The notes under the pieces are model-generated. The model was not told where the DNA came from, did no database searches, and saw only the letters and a list, made by a program, of their open reading frames with translations. 30,326 nucleotides of DNA from Candidatus Methylomirabilia bacterium (GTDB lineage Bacteria > Methylomirabilota > Methylomirabilia > Rokubacteriales > CSP1-6): assembly GCA_041497895.1 (NCBI GenBank), contig JBGQHJ010000047.1, forward strand, positions 1 to 30,326, in the 5' to 3' direction. Shown piece by piece: positions 8,144 to 16,149 of the stretch. Position 1 is the stretch's first letter. Each line of letters starts with the position of its first letter. Position numbers and translations under genes: made by a program.

Positions 8144-9062
8144 CACCTGGATTCTCCTGCTGCTGAGCCTGCCGCCCCGCCCCTCGAGCCTGCGGGTGCG
8201 TGCGTGGCGTCGCCTGCGCGTGCTGGGCGCCGTGCCCCTCAAGAGCGGGGCCTATCTCCTGCCCGACTCGGCCGACCGCTACGAGCAGTTCCTGTGGCTC
8301 GCGCAGGAGATCCAGCGGGACGGCGGCGAGGCCACCCTCCTCCGCATCGACCGGATCGAGAACATGTCGGAGGCCGACGTCGTGCGCCTCTTCCAGGACG
8401 CCCGCACCCAGGACTACGCCAACCTCGCCGATCGCTACCGCAAGCTGCTCAAGGGCCGCCGCCCGCGGTTGGCCGACGAGCTCACGCGGCTCGCGCGCGA
8501 GATGGATCGAATCGGGGAGATCGACTTCTTCGAGGCGCCCGCGCGCCGCGAGGTCGAGCGCGCACGCGAAGCGGTGGAGCAGCGCGCCGCCACCGCGCCC
8601 GCCCGGCCGGCGGGAGCGGCGCCCCCGCTCGATCTCGCGGCGCTGCGGGGCCGCCGGTGGGTCACCCGTCCGCGGCCTCACGTCGATCGCATCGCGTCGG
8701 CCTGGCTCATCAAGCGCTTCGTGGACCCGGAAGCCGAGTTCGTCTTCGCCGCGCCCGACCAGATCCCGGGCGACGCCATCCCGTTCGATATGGCGGGCGT
8801 GGACTTCGGGCACCACGGCGAGGACTGCACCTTCGAGACACTCCTGCGGCGCACCGGCCTGCGCGACCGCAAGCTCGCCATCCTCGCCGAGATCGTCCAC
8901 GAGGCCGACCTGAAGGACGGCAAGTACGCGCGCGAGGAAGCCCGCGGCATCGACCTGACCATGCGCGCGCTGCTGAGCGCGATCAAGGACGACCACGAGG
9001 CCCTGGCCCACGGCGTCACCCTGTTCGACGGCCTGTACGCGACCATCGGAGAGCGAGCATGA
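8136..9062 (+). CDS. chrB: Chromate resistance regulator ChrB
   Basis: N-terminal WILLLLSLP...RVRAWRRLR...GAYLLP domain plus C-terminal WVTRPRPHVDRIASAWLIKRFVDPEAEF...PFD...H.GEDCTFE...IVHEAD; directly upstream of chrA. Confidence 0.92.
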   Translation: MLHTWILLLLSLPPRPSSLRVRAWRRLRVLGAVPLKSGAYLLPDSADRYEQFLWLAQEIQRDGGEATLLRIDRIENMSEADVVRLFQDARTQDYANLADRYRKLLKGRRPRLADELTRLAREMDRIGEIDFFEAPARREVERAREAVEQRAATAPARPAGAAPPLDLAALRGRRWVTRPRPHVDRIASAWLIKRFVDPEAEFVFAAPDQIPGDAIPFDMAGVDFGHHGEDCTFETLLRRTGLRDRKLAILAEIVHEADLKDGKYAREEARGIDLTMRALLSAIKDDHEALAHGVTLFDGLYATIGERA

Positions 9063-10228
9063 CCGACCCTCGGACCACGTGGGGGCTGATGCGCTACTTC
9101 CTCTACCTGGGCAGCCTGGGCTTCGGTGGGCCGGTGGCGCTCATCGGCTACATGCAGCGCGACCTGGTCGAGCGGCGACGCTGGTTCAGCAAGGACGACT
9201 ACATGAAGGGCCTGGCCCTCTCCCAGCTCGCGCCGGGTCCCCTGGCCGCGCAACTGGCGATGTGCCTGGGCTACGTCCACGGCCGCGCGGTGGGGGCGAC
9301 GCTGATCGGCCTGGCGTTCATCCTCCCCTCGTTCCTCATGACCCTGGCGCTGGGCGCCCTCTACGTGGGCTACGGCGGGCTCGGCTGGATGCAGGCCGCG
9401 TTCTACGGCGTCGGCGCGGCGGTGATCGGCATCATCGTCCGCTCGGCGTGGAAGCTCCTGCGCCTCACCATGGGCGTCGATCGTCTCCTCTGGGCGGTGG
9501 CCGCCTTCATGGCGGCGGTCACCGCCTGGACCAGGACCGAGGTCGGCAGCCTGTTCATCCTGTGCGGCGTCGTGGTGCTGCTCGTCCAGGCGCCGCCTCG
9601 ACGGTTGCGCGCGTGGGCCGGATCCACCCGCGGCCTGCCCGCGATCGGCTGGCCGCTGCTCCTGCTCACCGGGCTCGCCGCGCCGGTCACGGTGGGCGGG
9701 CTCGGCCAGATTCTGTGGTTCTTCACGAAAGCGGGCGCATTCGTCTTCGGCAGCGGCCTCGCGATCGTGCCGTTCCTCTACGGCGGGGTCGTCCAGGAGC
9801 ACGGGTGGCTCACCGACAAGCAGTTCCTCGATGCGGTCGCGGTGGCCATGCTGACGCCCGGGCCCGTCGTGATCACGGTGGCCTTCATCGGATACCTCGT
9901 GGGCGGGCTCGCGGGCGGGACCGCGGCTGCGGTCGGCGTGTTCCTGCCGACCTATCTCTTCGTCGTGATCCCATATCCCTGGTTCGACCGGCTCAGCGGC
10001 AACCCGCAGGTCAAGGCCTTCGTCGGCGGGGTCACCGCGGCCGCCGCCGGCGCCATCGCGGGCGCCTGCTTCGTGCTGGGCCGGCGCGCCATCTTCGACG
10101 TGCCGACCGCCCTGCTCGCGCTCGGCGCGTTCGGCCTGCTGTGGCGATTCAAGGTGCCGGAGCCGATCCTGATCGCCGGGGCCGGGGTCGTCGGCTTCCT
10201 GATCTTCTGGCTGCGGGGCGCGCCGTGA
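9059..10228 (+). CDS. chrA: Chromate efflux transporter ChrA (long-chain CHR family)
   Basis: Two homologous halves with GFGGP...SQLAPGP and FGSG...AMLTPGP signatures; ATGA overlap with chrB. Confidence 0.95.
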   Translation: MTDPRTTWGLMRYFLYLGSLGFGGPVALIGYMQRDLVERRRWFSKDDYMKGLALSQLAPGPLAAQLAMCLGYVHGRAVGATLIGLAFILPSFLMTLALGALYVGYGGLGWMQAAFYGVGAAVIGIIVRSAWKLLRLTMGVDRLLWAVAAFMAAVTAWTRTEVGSLFILCGVVVLLVQAPPRRLRAWAGSTRGLPAIGWPLLLLTGLAAPVTVGGLGQILWFFTKAGAFVFGSGLAIVPFLYGGVVQEHGWLTDKQFLDAVAVAMLTPGPVVITVAFIGYLVGGLAGGTAAAVGVFLPTYLFVVIPYPWFDRLSGNPQVKAFVGGVTAAAAGAIAGACFVLGRRAIFDVPTALLALGAFGLLWRFKVPEPILIAGAGVVGFLIFWLRGAP

Positions 10229-10821
10229 GGCCGTCGCGACTCCTCGCCGCCGCGGCGGCTCTCGTGATGGCCGCGGTGACGCCCGCGCACACCGCGGGCG
10301 GCTGGCTCACCGGGCAGACCGGCCGCGGCAGCGCGCGCTGGAGCCGCCACGGCGAGACCCTCACCTACGAGGGCGGGGCCGCCTTCGGCTGGGCGGTGCA
10401 CGAGCACGTGCCGTACCGCGACGGCTGGGTGGAGGCTCGATTCAAGCCGGTGGCGGGACGCGAGGATCGGGCCGGCGGCGTGGTCTGGCGGTGGCGAGAC
10501 GCGGACAACTATTACGTCGCCCGCGCGAACGCGCTCGAGGACAACGTCGTCGCCTACAAGGTCGTGAAGGGCCGCCGCACCGACCTCACCCCGGTGGACG
10601 CCCGGCCCGGGGCGTACGGAGTGAAGATCCCGGTGGCGACCGGGTCCTGGCACACGCTCCGCGTCGACTTCGCCGGGGACCGCTTCGAGATCACCTACGA
10701 CGGCGGGCGCCTGTTCGCCGTCCGCGACGAGACGTTCCCCGACGCCGGCCGGGTGGGGATCTGGTCCAAGGCCGACAGCGTCACCGAGTTCGACCAGTTT
10801 CGACAGGAGGAAACACGATGA
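10225..10821 (+). CDS. Exported ConA-like beta-sandwich protein (DUF1080-like)
   Basis: GTGA overlap; signal peptide; FKPVAGREDRAGGVVWRWRDADNYYVARANALEDN...WHTLRV...GRVGIWSKADSVTEFD. Confidence 0.8.
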   Translation: MRPSRLLAAAAALVMAAVTPAHTAGGWLTGQTGRGSARWSRHGETLTYEGGAAFGWAVHEHVPYRDGWVEARFKPVAGREDRAGGVVWRWRDADNYYVARANALEDNVVAYKVVKGRRTDLTPVDARPGAYGVKIPVATGSWHTLRVDFAGDRFEITYDGGRLFAVRDETFPDAGRVGIWSKADSVTEFDQFRQEETR

Positions 10822-11237
10822 CCACGGATCGTCCGGTTCTCTTCGTCTGCCTGCACGGCGCGGCCAAGAGCATCCTCGCCGCCGCCGACTTTCAACGGAT
10901 GGCCGCCGAGCGCGGCCTCGACATTTCCGCGGCCTCGGCCGGCACCGAGCCCGACGCGGTGATCGCGCCCGGAGTGCTGCACACCCTGCTCGCCGAGGGC
11001 GTCGACCTGCGTGAGCAGGCGCCGCGGCGGCTCACGCGCGACGACGTGGCGGCCGCCGCGCGGGTCGTGGCGTTCGGCTGCGACCTGGGCGAGACCGCTC
11101 CGGCCGGGACCGCGGTCGAGCAGTGGACCGACGTGCCCGCGGTGAGCGACGACCTGCCCGCGGCCCGCGCGGTGATCCGGCGCCACCTGGAGCGCCTCGT
11201 CGACGAGTGCGCCCGCGCCGGGAGCGCACGGTCATGA
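10818..11237 (+). CDS. LMW-PTP/ArsC-fold protein with atypical C-x5-K P-loop
   Basis: AGGAGG RBS; VLFVCLHGAAKS, SAGTEP, VVAFGC and WTDVP motifs. Confidence 0.82.
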   Translation: MTTDRPVLFVCLHGAAKSILAAADFQRMAAERGLDISAASAGTEPDAVIAPGVLHTLLAEGVDLREQAPRRLTRDDVAAAARVVAFGCDLGETAPAGTAVEQWTDVPAVSDDLPAARAVIRRHLERLVDECARAGSARS

Positions 11238-11659
11238 AGTGGGTGACGCGGCGGAAGGCCCGGGTCGACCGGATCGCCTGCCCCTGGCTGATCCAGCGCT
11301 TCATCGACCCCGGGGCCGAGTTCCTCTTCGTCCCCGAGGCCGAGGTGATGGAGACCGCGCGACGGGAGGAGGCCCTGCCCTTCGACGTTCCCGACGTGGA
11401 GCTCGGGCACCACGGCGACCGGTGCTCCTTCGACGCGTTCCTCGACAAGTATCGTCTCGCCGATCCGGCGCTGCAGGCCCTCGCCCGGATCGTGCGCGGC
11501 GCCGACACCGACGCGCGCGATCTCGCCCCCGAGGCCTGGGGCCTCTACGCGGTGGCGAGCGGCTTCCGCGAGATCGCCCGCGACGACGTCGAGAACATGG
11601 CGCTGCAGTTCCCGGTCTACGACGCGCTCTACGCCTACTGCCGGAGCGCGCGCGCGTGA
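11234..11659 (+). CDS. chrF: Stand-alone ChrB C-terminal-domain protein (ChrF-like)
   Basis: MKWVTR...VDRIACPWLIQRFIDPGAEFLFV...PFD...HHGDRCSFD...IVRGADT...YDALYAYC; ATGA overlap. Confidence 0.85.
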   Translation: MKWVTRRKARVDRIACPWLIQRFIDPGAEFLFVPEAEVMETARREEALPFDVPDVELGHHGDRCSFDAFLDKYRLADPALQALARIVRGADTDARDLAPEAWGLYAVASGFREIARDDVENMALQFPVYDALYAYCRSARA

Positions 11660-12807
11660 CCGCTGACGGCCGGCTGGTCTTCGTGGCCAAGACGGCGCGC
11701 ACCTTCTGCTACGGCTTTCTCGGCGTGCTGTTCCCGGTCTACCTGGCCGAGCGCGGGATGGACGCCCGCCAGATCGGCGTGGCCGTCACGCTCACCCTGC
11801 TCGCGAGCGCGGCCATGACCTTCGCGATCCGACGCCCCGCCGAGCGCTACGGGACGCGGGCCGCGCTGCTGGCCCAGAGCGGCCTGATCATCGTCTCCGC
11901 CCTCGTCTTCCTCGTCACCGAAGAGCCCTGGCTCGTCGTCGCGGCCGCCATGATCGGCAACCTGGCGGTGGGCACCGGCGAGACCGGCCCGTTCCTCACC
12001 CTCGAGCAGGTCGCGGTCACGCGCGCCACGTCGCGCGAGCGCCTGACCACCACCCTCAGCCTCTACAACCTGGCCGGCTACGGCGCCTCCGCGCTCGGGG
12101 CCGCCGCGGTGGCACGCGCGGGAGCCGCCCCGCGCGTGCTGTTCGCGGTGTTCCTCCTGGGCGGCCTCGTGCAGATGGCGGCCTATGCCCTCATGCGCGC
12201 GGACCCGGCCCGGGTCGCCGGTCCCCGGCCCGCGGCGGCGATGCCGTCGCGTCCCCTCGTCCACCGCCTCGCCGCGCTCTTCGCGCTCGACTCGCTCGCC
12301 GGCGGCTTCGTGCTCCAGACTCTCATCGCCTACTGGTTCTACACCCGCTTCGGGATGGACCTGGCCGCGCTCGGCTGGACATTCTTCGGCGCGCAGATCC
12401 TCTCGGGCTTCTCCCTGCTACTGGCCGCGCGGCTCGCCCCGCGACTCGGGCTCGTCAACACCATGGTGTTCTCGCACCTGGTCTCGAACGTGCTGCTGAT
12501 CGGGGTGGCGCTGGCGCCGTCGGCGCCGCTCGCGGTCACCCTGCTGCTCGCCCGGCACCTGCTCTCCCAGATGGACGTGCCCACCCGCCAGAGCTTCCTC
12601 ATGCTCGCGGTGCAAGATCACGAGCGGGAGGGCGCGGCGAGCCTCACCAACATGAGCCGCACCCTCGCGCAGTCGGTGAGCCCCGCCCTCACCGGCTGGG
12701 TGATGGCCAGCGTGTCGCTGGCCGCGCCGTTCTTCCTCGGCGGGGGGCTCAAGATCCTCTACGACGTGATGCTCTACGCGACGATCCGGAAGGTGGAGAC
12801 GCGATGA
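11656..12807 (+). CDS. MFS transporter
   Basis: About 12 hydrophobic segments; GTGETGPF, FALDSLAGGF, GLVNTMVFSH and SQMDVPTRQS motifs; GTGA overlap. Confidence 0.9.
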   Translation: MTADGRLVFVAKTARTFCYGFLGVLFPVYLAERGMDARQIGVAVTLTLLASAAMTFAIRRPAERYGTRAALLAQSGLIIVSALVFLVTEEPWLVVAAAMIGNLAVGTGETGPFLTLEQVAVTRATSRERLTTTLSLYNLAGYGASALGAAAVARAGAAPRVLFAVFLLGGLVQMAAYALMRADPARVAGPRPAAAMPSRPLVHRLAALFALDSLAGGFVLQTLIAYWFYTRFGMDLAALGWTFFGAQILSGFSLLLAARLAPRLGLVNTMVFSHLVSNVLLIGVALAPSAPLAVTLLLARHLLSQMDVPTRQSFLMLAVQDHEREGAASLTNMSRTLAQSVSPALTGWVMASVSLAAPFFLGGGLKILYDVMLYATIRKVETR

Positions 12808-13787
12808 CCCTGCTCCTGACCCGCGGCGACGTGGCGGCGCTCCTTACCCTCGACGAGTGCATCGACGCGGTCGAGGCCGGATTCGCCCGCCAGGCCGGGG
12901 GCGGCGCGGTCGGACCCGGCGTGCTCGCCCTGCACGTGCCGGGCGGCGGCTTCCACGTCAAGGCGGCCGGGCTCCGGCTCGCCCGCTTCTACGTGGCCGC
13001 CAAGCTCAACGCCAACTTCCCCGACAACGGGGCGCGGCGGGGGCTCCCGACGATCCAGGGCGTGGTCGTGCTCTCCGACGGCGAGGACGGCCGACCCCTG
13101 GCCCTGCTCGACTCGATGGAGATCACCGCGCTGCGCACCGGCGCGGCCACCGCGGTGGCCGCCCGGCACCTGGCGCGCGCGGACGCGCGGGTCGCCACCG
13201 TCGTCGGCTGCGGCCGCCAGGGCCGGATCCAGATCGCCGCGCTGACCCGGGTGCGGACGCTCACGCGCATCCACGCGGTCGACGCCGATCCGGCCGTCGC
13301 GGCGCGCTTCGCCGGGGAGATGTCCGCGGAGCTCGGCATCGAGGTGCGCGCGGCCGGCCGCGTCGCGGACGTCGCGCCCGGCAGCGACATCGTGGTCACG
13401 TGCACGCCCTCGCGCACGCCCCTGCTCCATCGCGTCGACGTGGCGCCGGGTACCTTCGTCGGCGCGGTGGGCGCCGACAACGAGCACAAGCAAGAGCTGG
13501 AACCGGCCCTGATGGCGGCGGGGACGATCGTGGTCGACAGCCTCGAGCAGTGCGCCGCCATCGGCGATCTGCACCACGCCCTCGCCGCCGGCGTGGTCTC
13601 GCTGGGTCAGGTGCACGCGGAGCTGGCCCACGTGGTGGCCGGACAGAAGCCGGGGCGCCGGACCGCCGACGAGATCACCATCTTCGACAGCAGCGGCGTC
13701 GCCATCGAGGACGTCGCGGCCGCGGTCGCGGCCTACGAGAAGGCGGTGGCCGCCGGCCGCGGGCTCAGCGTGGACCTGGCGAGCTGA
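12804..13787 (+). CDS. Ornithine cyclodeaminase/mu-crystallin family imine reductase
   Basis: ITALRTGAA, VGCGRQG, VTCTPS, VGAD...KQE and FDSSGVAIED; ATGA overlap with the MFS gene. Confidence 0.92.
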   Translation: MTLLLTRGDVAALLTLDECIDAVEAGFARQAGGGAVGPGVLALHVPGGGFHVKAAGLRLARFYVAAKLNANFPDNGARRGLPTIQGVVVLSDGEDGRPLALLDSMEITALRTGAATAVAARHLARADARVATVVGCGRQGRIQIAALTRVRTLTRIHAVDADPAVAARFAGEMSAELGIEVRAAGRVADVAPGSDIVVTCTPSRTPLLHRVDVAPGTFVGAVGADNEHKQELEPALMAAGTIVVDSLEQCAAIGDLHHALAAGVVSLGQVHAELAHVVAGQKPGRRTADEITIFDSSGVAIEDVAAAVAAYEKAVAAGRGLSVDLAS

Positions 13788-13814
13788 TCGAGGGGCGCGG
13801 CGCGCCCACGCGGG

Positions 13815-14222
13815 TCACCGCCGCGGACGGCCGAGCATGCAGGAGATCTGGTAGCGGTGCCGCGCGACCCAGCGGTAGAGGACCGGCCCCAGCCCCTCGA
13901 CGCCGGGCAGGCGGAAGGCCGACGCCAGCCAGCGCCAGCCCCGCATCCGGCGGAGGATCTCGGGAATCGCGGCGTCCCCGGCGAGCAATCTCCCGTCCGG
14001 CAGGATGAGTTGCATGGCCTCGAGACAGGTGCGCTCGTCCATCCACGGGTAGCGGGCGCGACGCTCGGCCGCCTGGCAGGGCAGGAACTCGAGGTGGCCG
14101 CGGACGGCCCGGCGGGAGATCCACGAGACGCCCCCCCGGCACAGGCCGCAGCTCCCGTCGTAGATCAGGACCGCGCGAGCGCGGTCGACCGGGGCCTGGG
14201 GCTCCTCGAGTCTCGGGTCCAT
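13815..14222 (-). CDS. DCC1-like thiol-disulfide oxidoreductase (DUF393)
   Basis: YDGSCGLC (DxxCxxC) and LYRWVARHRY motifs. ATG 14222 lies 8 nt after TACAAT. Confidence 0.9.
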   Translation of the reverse strand: MDPRLEEPQAPVDRARAVLIYDGSCGLCRGGVSWISRRAVRGHLEFLPCQAAERRARYPWMDERTCLEAMQLILPDGRLLAGDAAIPEILRRMRGWRWLASAFRLPGVEGLGPVLYRWVARHRYQISCMLGRPRR

Positions 14223-14247
14223 CGGCCGCCATTGTACTCCTGCGGGC

Positions 14248-15462
14248 TCAACGGTAGGCGCATGGGGGCACCGCGGTCCGCCAGGGTCCCTGCGTGAGAT
14301 GCCCGCCCGGTGCGAACAGGCGAAGCTGCTCCGCGGGGAGCGCGGCCCGCACCCGCCGACCCCGCAGCGTGAGGAAGTAGCCGGCGCGGGTCGCGTCCAC
14401 GCCCAGGCGGCGGAGGTCCTGCCCATCGCGCGGCAGCGTGCGTCGGCGCTCCGCGACCAGCCGCCGGGCCGCGGTGGGGCCGATGCCCGGCACGCGCAGC
14501 AACAGCTCGTAGGGGGCTCGCTCGAGCGCCACCGGAAAGCGCTCCACGTGGGCCAGGGCCCACGCCGTCTTCGGATCGTGCTCGAGGGCCAGGTTGCCGT
14601 CGCCATCGAAGACCAGCTCCTCCACGCGGAAGCCATATTGACGGAGCAGGTGCTCGGCCTGGTAGAGGCGCCACTCGCGCGCGGCCGGCGTGGGTGGCAG
14701 CCCTTCCATCGGCGTCCCCTCGACCGGCTGGAACGCGCTGAAGTGGGCGTGGTGGAGCAGCCCCCTGCGCTCGAGGCCACCGACGACGGTCAGGATCTCG
14801 CGATCGCGCTCACCCTGGGCGCCCACCACGAACTGCGTCGTCGTCCCCGCCGCCGCGATGCCGGGCCGACCCTCGAGGCGCGCCTCGCGCGAGAGGCGGC
14901 CGGCCAGCATCAGGGTCGGGAGCAGGTCGCCCGAGTAGTCCTTCTCGCGGGCCAGGCCGCGCACCACCGCGTCGTTGGGGCCCTCGAGGTTCACCGACAC
15001 GCGCGTGGCGAGCCGGGTCGCCTCGACGACCTGGTCGCGCTCCGCGCCCGGCAGCATCTTGATGTGCACGTAGCCGCCGAAGCCCTCGCGCTTTCTCAGG
15101 ATCTCGATGGCCGCGAGCATCCGGTCCACCGCCCGCGGGGCGCGCCCCGGAACCCCCGACGTGAGGAACAGCCCCTGGGCCACTCCGGCGCGGTGGGACT
15201 CCATGAAGGTCCGGGCGACCTCCTCCGGGGAGAGGGCGGTGCGCTTCACGCGTCCTCCGCAGAACGTCGGGCAATAGCCGCAGGAGAGCGAGCAGGCGTT
15301 GGTTTGCATGACGCGCATGAGCGTCGTCGACCCGCCACCGGGAAGGCGCACGGGGCGGATGCCGACCGGCCCCTCGTTGAGGCGAGCCCGGGCCGGCAAG
15401 CCGGTTTCCCGGTCGTCCGCCGCGGCCTCGGCCAGGATCCTGAACCGTTGGGCTCGGTCCAT
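14248..15462 (-). CDS. Putative DNA modification/repair radical SAM protein with helix-hairpin-helix (TIGR03916-like)
   Basis: TNACSLSCGYC (CxxxCxxC), GLFLTSG, GYVHIK, SVNLE, TTQFVVGA, RLYQAEHLLRQYGF, DPK.AWAL and HhH motif LLRVPGIG. Confidence 0.9.
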   Translation of the reverse strand: MDRAQRFRILAEAAADDRETGLPARARLNEGPVGIRPVRLPGGGSTTLMRVMQTNACSLSCGYCPTFCGGRVKRTALSPEEVARTFMESHRAGVAQGLFLTSGVPGRAPRAVDRMLAAIEILRKREGFGGYVHIKMLPGAERDQVVEATRLATRVSVNLEGPNDAVVRGLAREKDYSGDLLPTLMLAGRLSREARLEGRPGIAAAGTTTQFVVGAQGERDREILTVVGGLERRGLLHHAHFSAFQPVEGTPMEGLPPTPAAREWRLYQAEHLLRQYGFRVEELVFDGDGNLALEHDPKTAWALAHVERFPVALERAPYELLLRVPGIGPTAARRLVAERRRTLPRDGQDLRRLGVDATRAGYFLTLRGRRVRAALPAEQLRLFAPGGHLTQGPWRTAVPPCAYR

Positions 15463-15467
15463 GGAAA

Positions 15468-15497
15468 ATACTAAACACAAGACGAGCTACAAGGCAA
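15468..15497 (-). promoter_or_regulatory. Promoter of the radical SAM gene with shared SOS-like motif
   Basis: Minus strand TTGCCT-N18-TAGTAT-N5-ATG. ATACTAAACACAAGACGA matches 8047-8064 at 15/18. Confidence 0.6.
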
Positions 15498-15540
15498 GCA
15501 ACCCGAGAGCCTTCAGACCGTTGCGCTAGAATGGCCCGCC

Positions 15541-16080
15541 ATGGGCCGACCGTCGATCGTGATCGCGCTCCTGCTGGCGACGGCGGCGGCCTGCTCGCAT
15601 GTGCCCGGTCAAGAGGTGCCCGACGTCAGGACGCCGCTGGTCGTGGTGAACGAGATGCTGAGGCTCGCTGCGGTAACCGCCCATGACGTCGTCTACGATC
15701 TGGGCTCGGGTGACGGCCGGATCGTCATCGCGGCGGCACAGGACCGCGGGGCACGCGGGGTGGGCTTCGAGATCGATCCGGCCCTGGTCGCGGAGGCCAC
15801 CGACCGCGCACGCCGGCTCGGCCTGGCCGATCGAGTCACCTTTCGCCAGGACGATCTCTTCAAGGCCGACCTCAGAGATGCCACGGTTGTCACCCTCTAC
15901 CTCTCCCCAGATCTCAACCGGCGGCTCCGGCCCAAGCTGCTGAGCGAGCTCCGGCCGGGGTCCCGGGTCGTCTCCCACAGCTTCGACATGGGGGACTGGG
16001 CGCCGACACAGACGCTCCAGGTGACGAGCAACCAGGGCACCCACACGCTGTACCTGTGGGTGGTGCCGGGGAAGCCCTAG
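15541..16080 (+). CDS. Class I SAM-dependent methyltransferase with lipoprotein-like signal peptide
   Basis: VYDLGSGDGR motif I, GFEID, VVTLYL and PGSRVVSHSF; N-terminal hydrophobic stretch ending AAAC; TAGAAT 8 nt before ATG. Confidence 0.9.
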   Translation: MGRPSIVIALLLATAAACSHVPGQEVPDVRTPLVVVNEMLRLAAVTAHDVVYDLGSGDGRIVIAAAQDRGARGVGFEIDPALVAEATDRARRLGLADRVTFRQDDLFKADLRDATVVTLYLSPDLNRRLRPKLLSELRPGSRVVSHSFDMGDWAPTQTLQVTSNQGTHTLYLWVVPGKP

Positions 16081-16100
16081 GGGTCTCCCGATCGGAGATC

Positions 16101-16149
16101 CCCCTCACCCTGCCCTCTCCCCCTTGGAAAGGGGGAGAGGGAGAGTGGG
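16101..16149. repeat. REP-like palindromic element (CCCTCACCCT-N-CCCTCTCCC...GGGAGAGGG type) between convergent genes
   Basis: Perfect 13-bp arms CCCTCTCCCCCTT (16113-16125) and AAGGGGGAGAGGG (16129-16141), preceded by CCCCTCACCCTG. Confidence 0.75.

Noticed and set aside
10818..11237. Assigning the gene symbol arsC
   Set aside because: The catalytic Arg is replaced by Lys, the resolving Cys pair is incomplete, and there is no ars operon context.
8136..13787. chr operon as a transposon or genomic island
   Set aside because: No transposase, integrase, tRNA or terminal repeats seen, and codon style matches the flanks.
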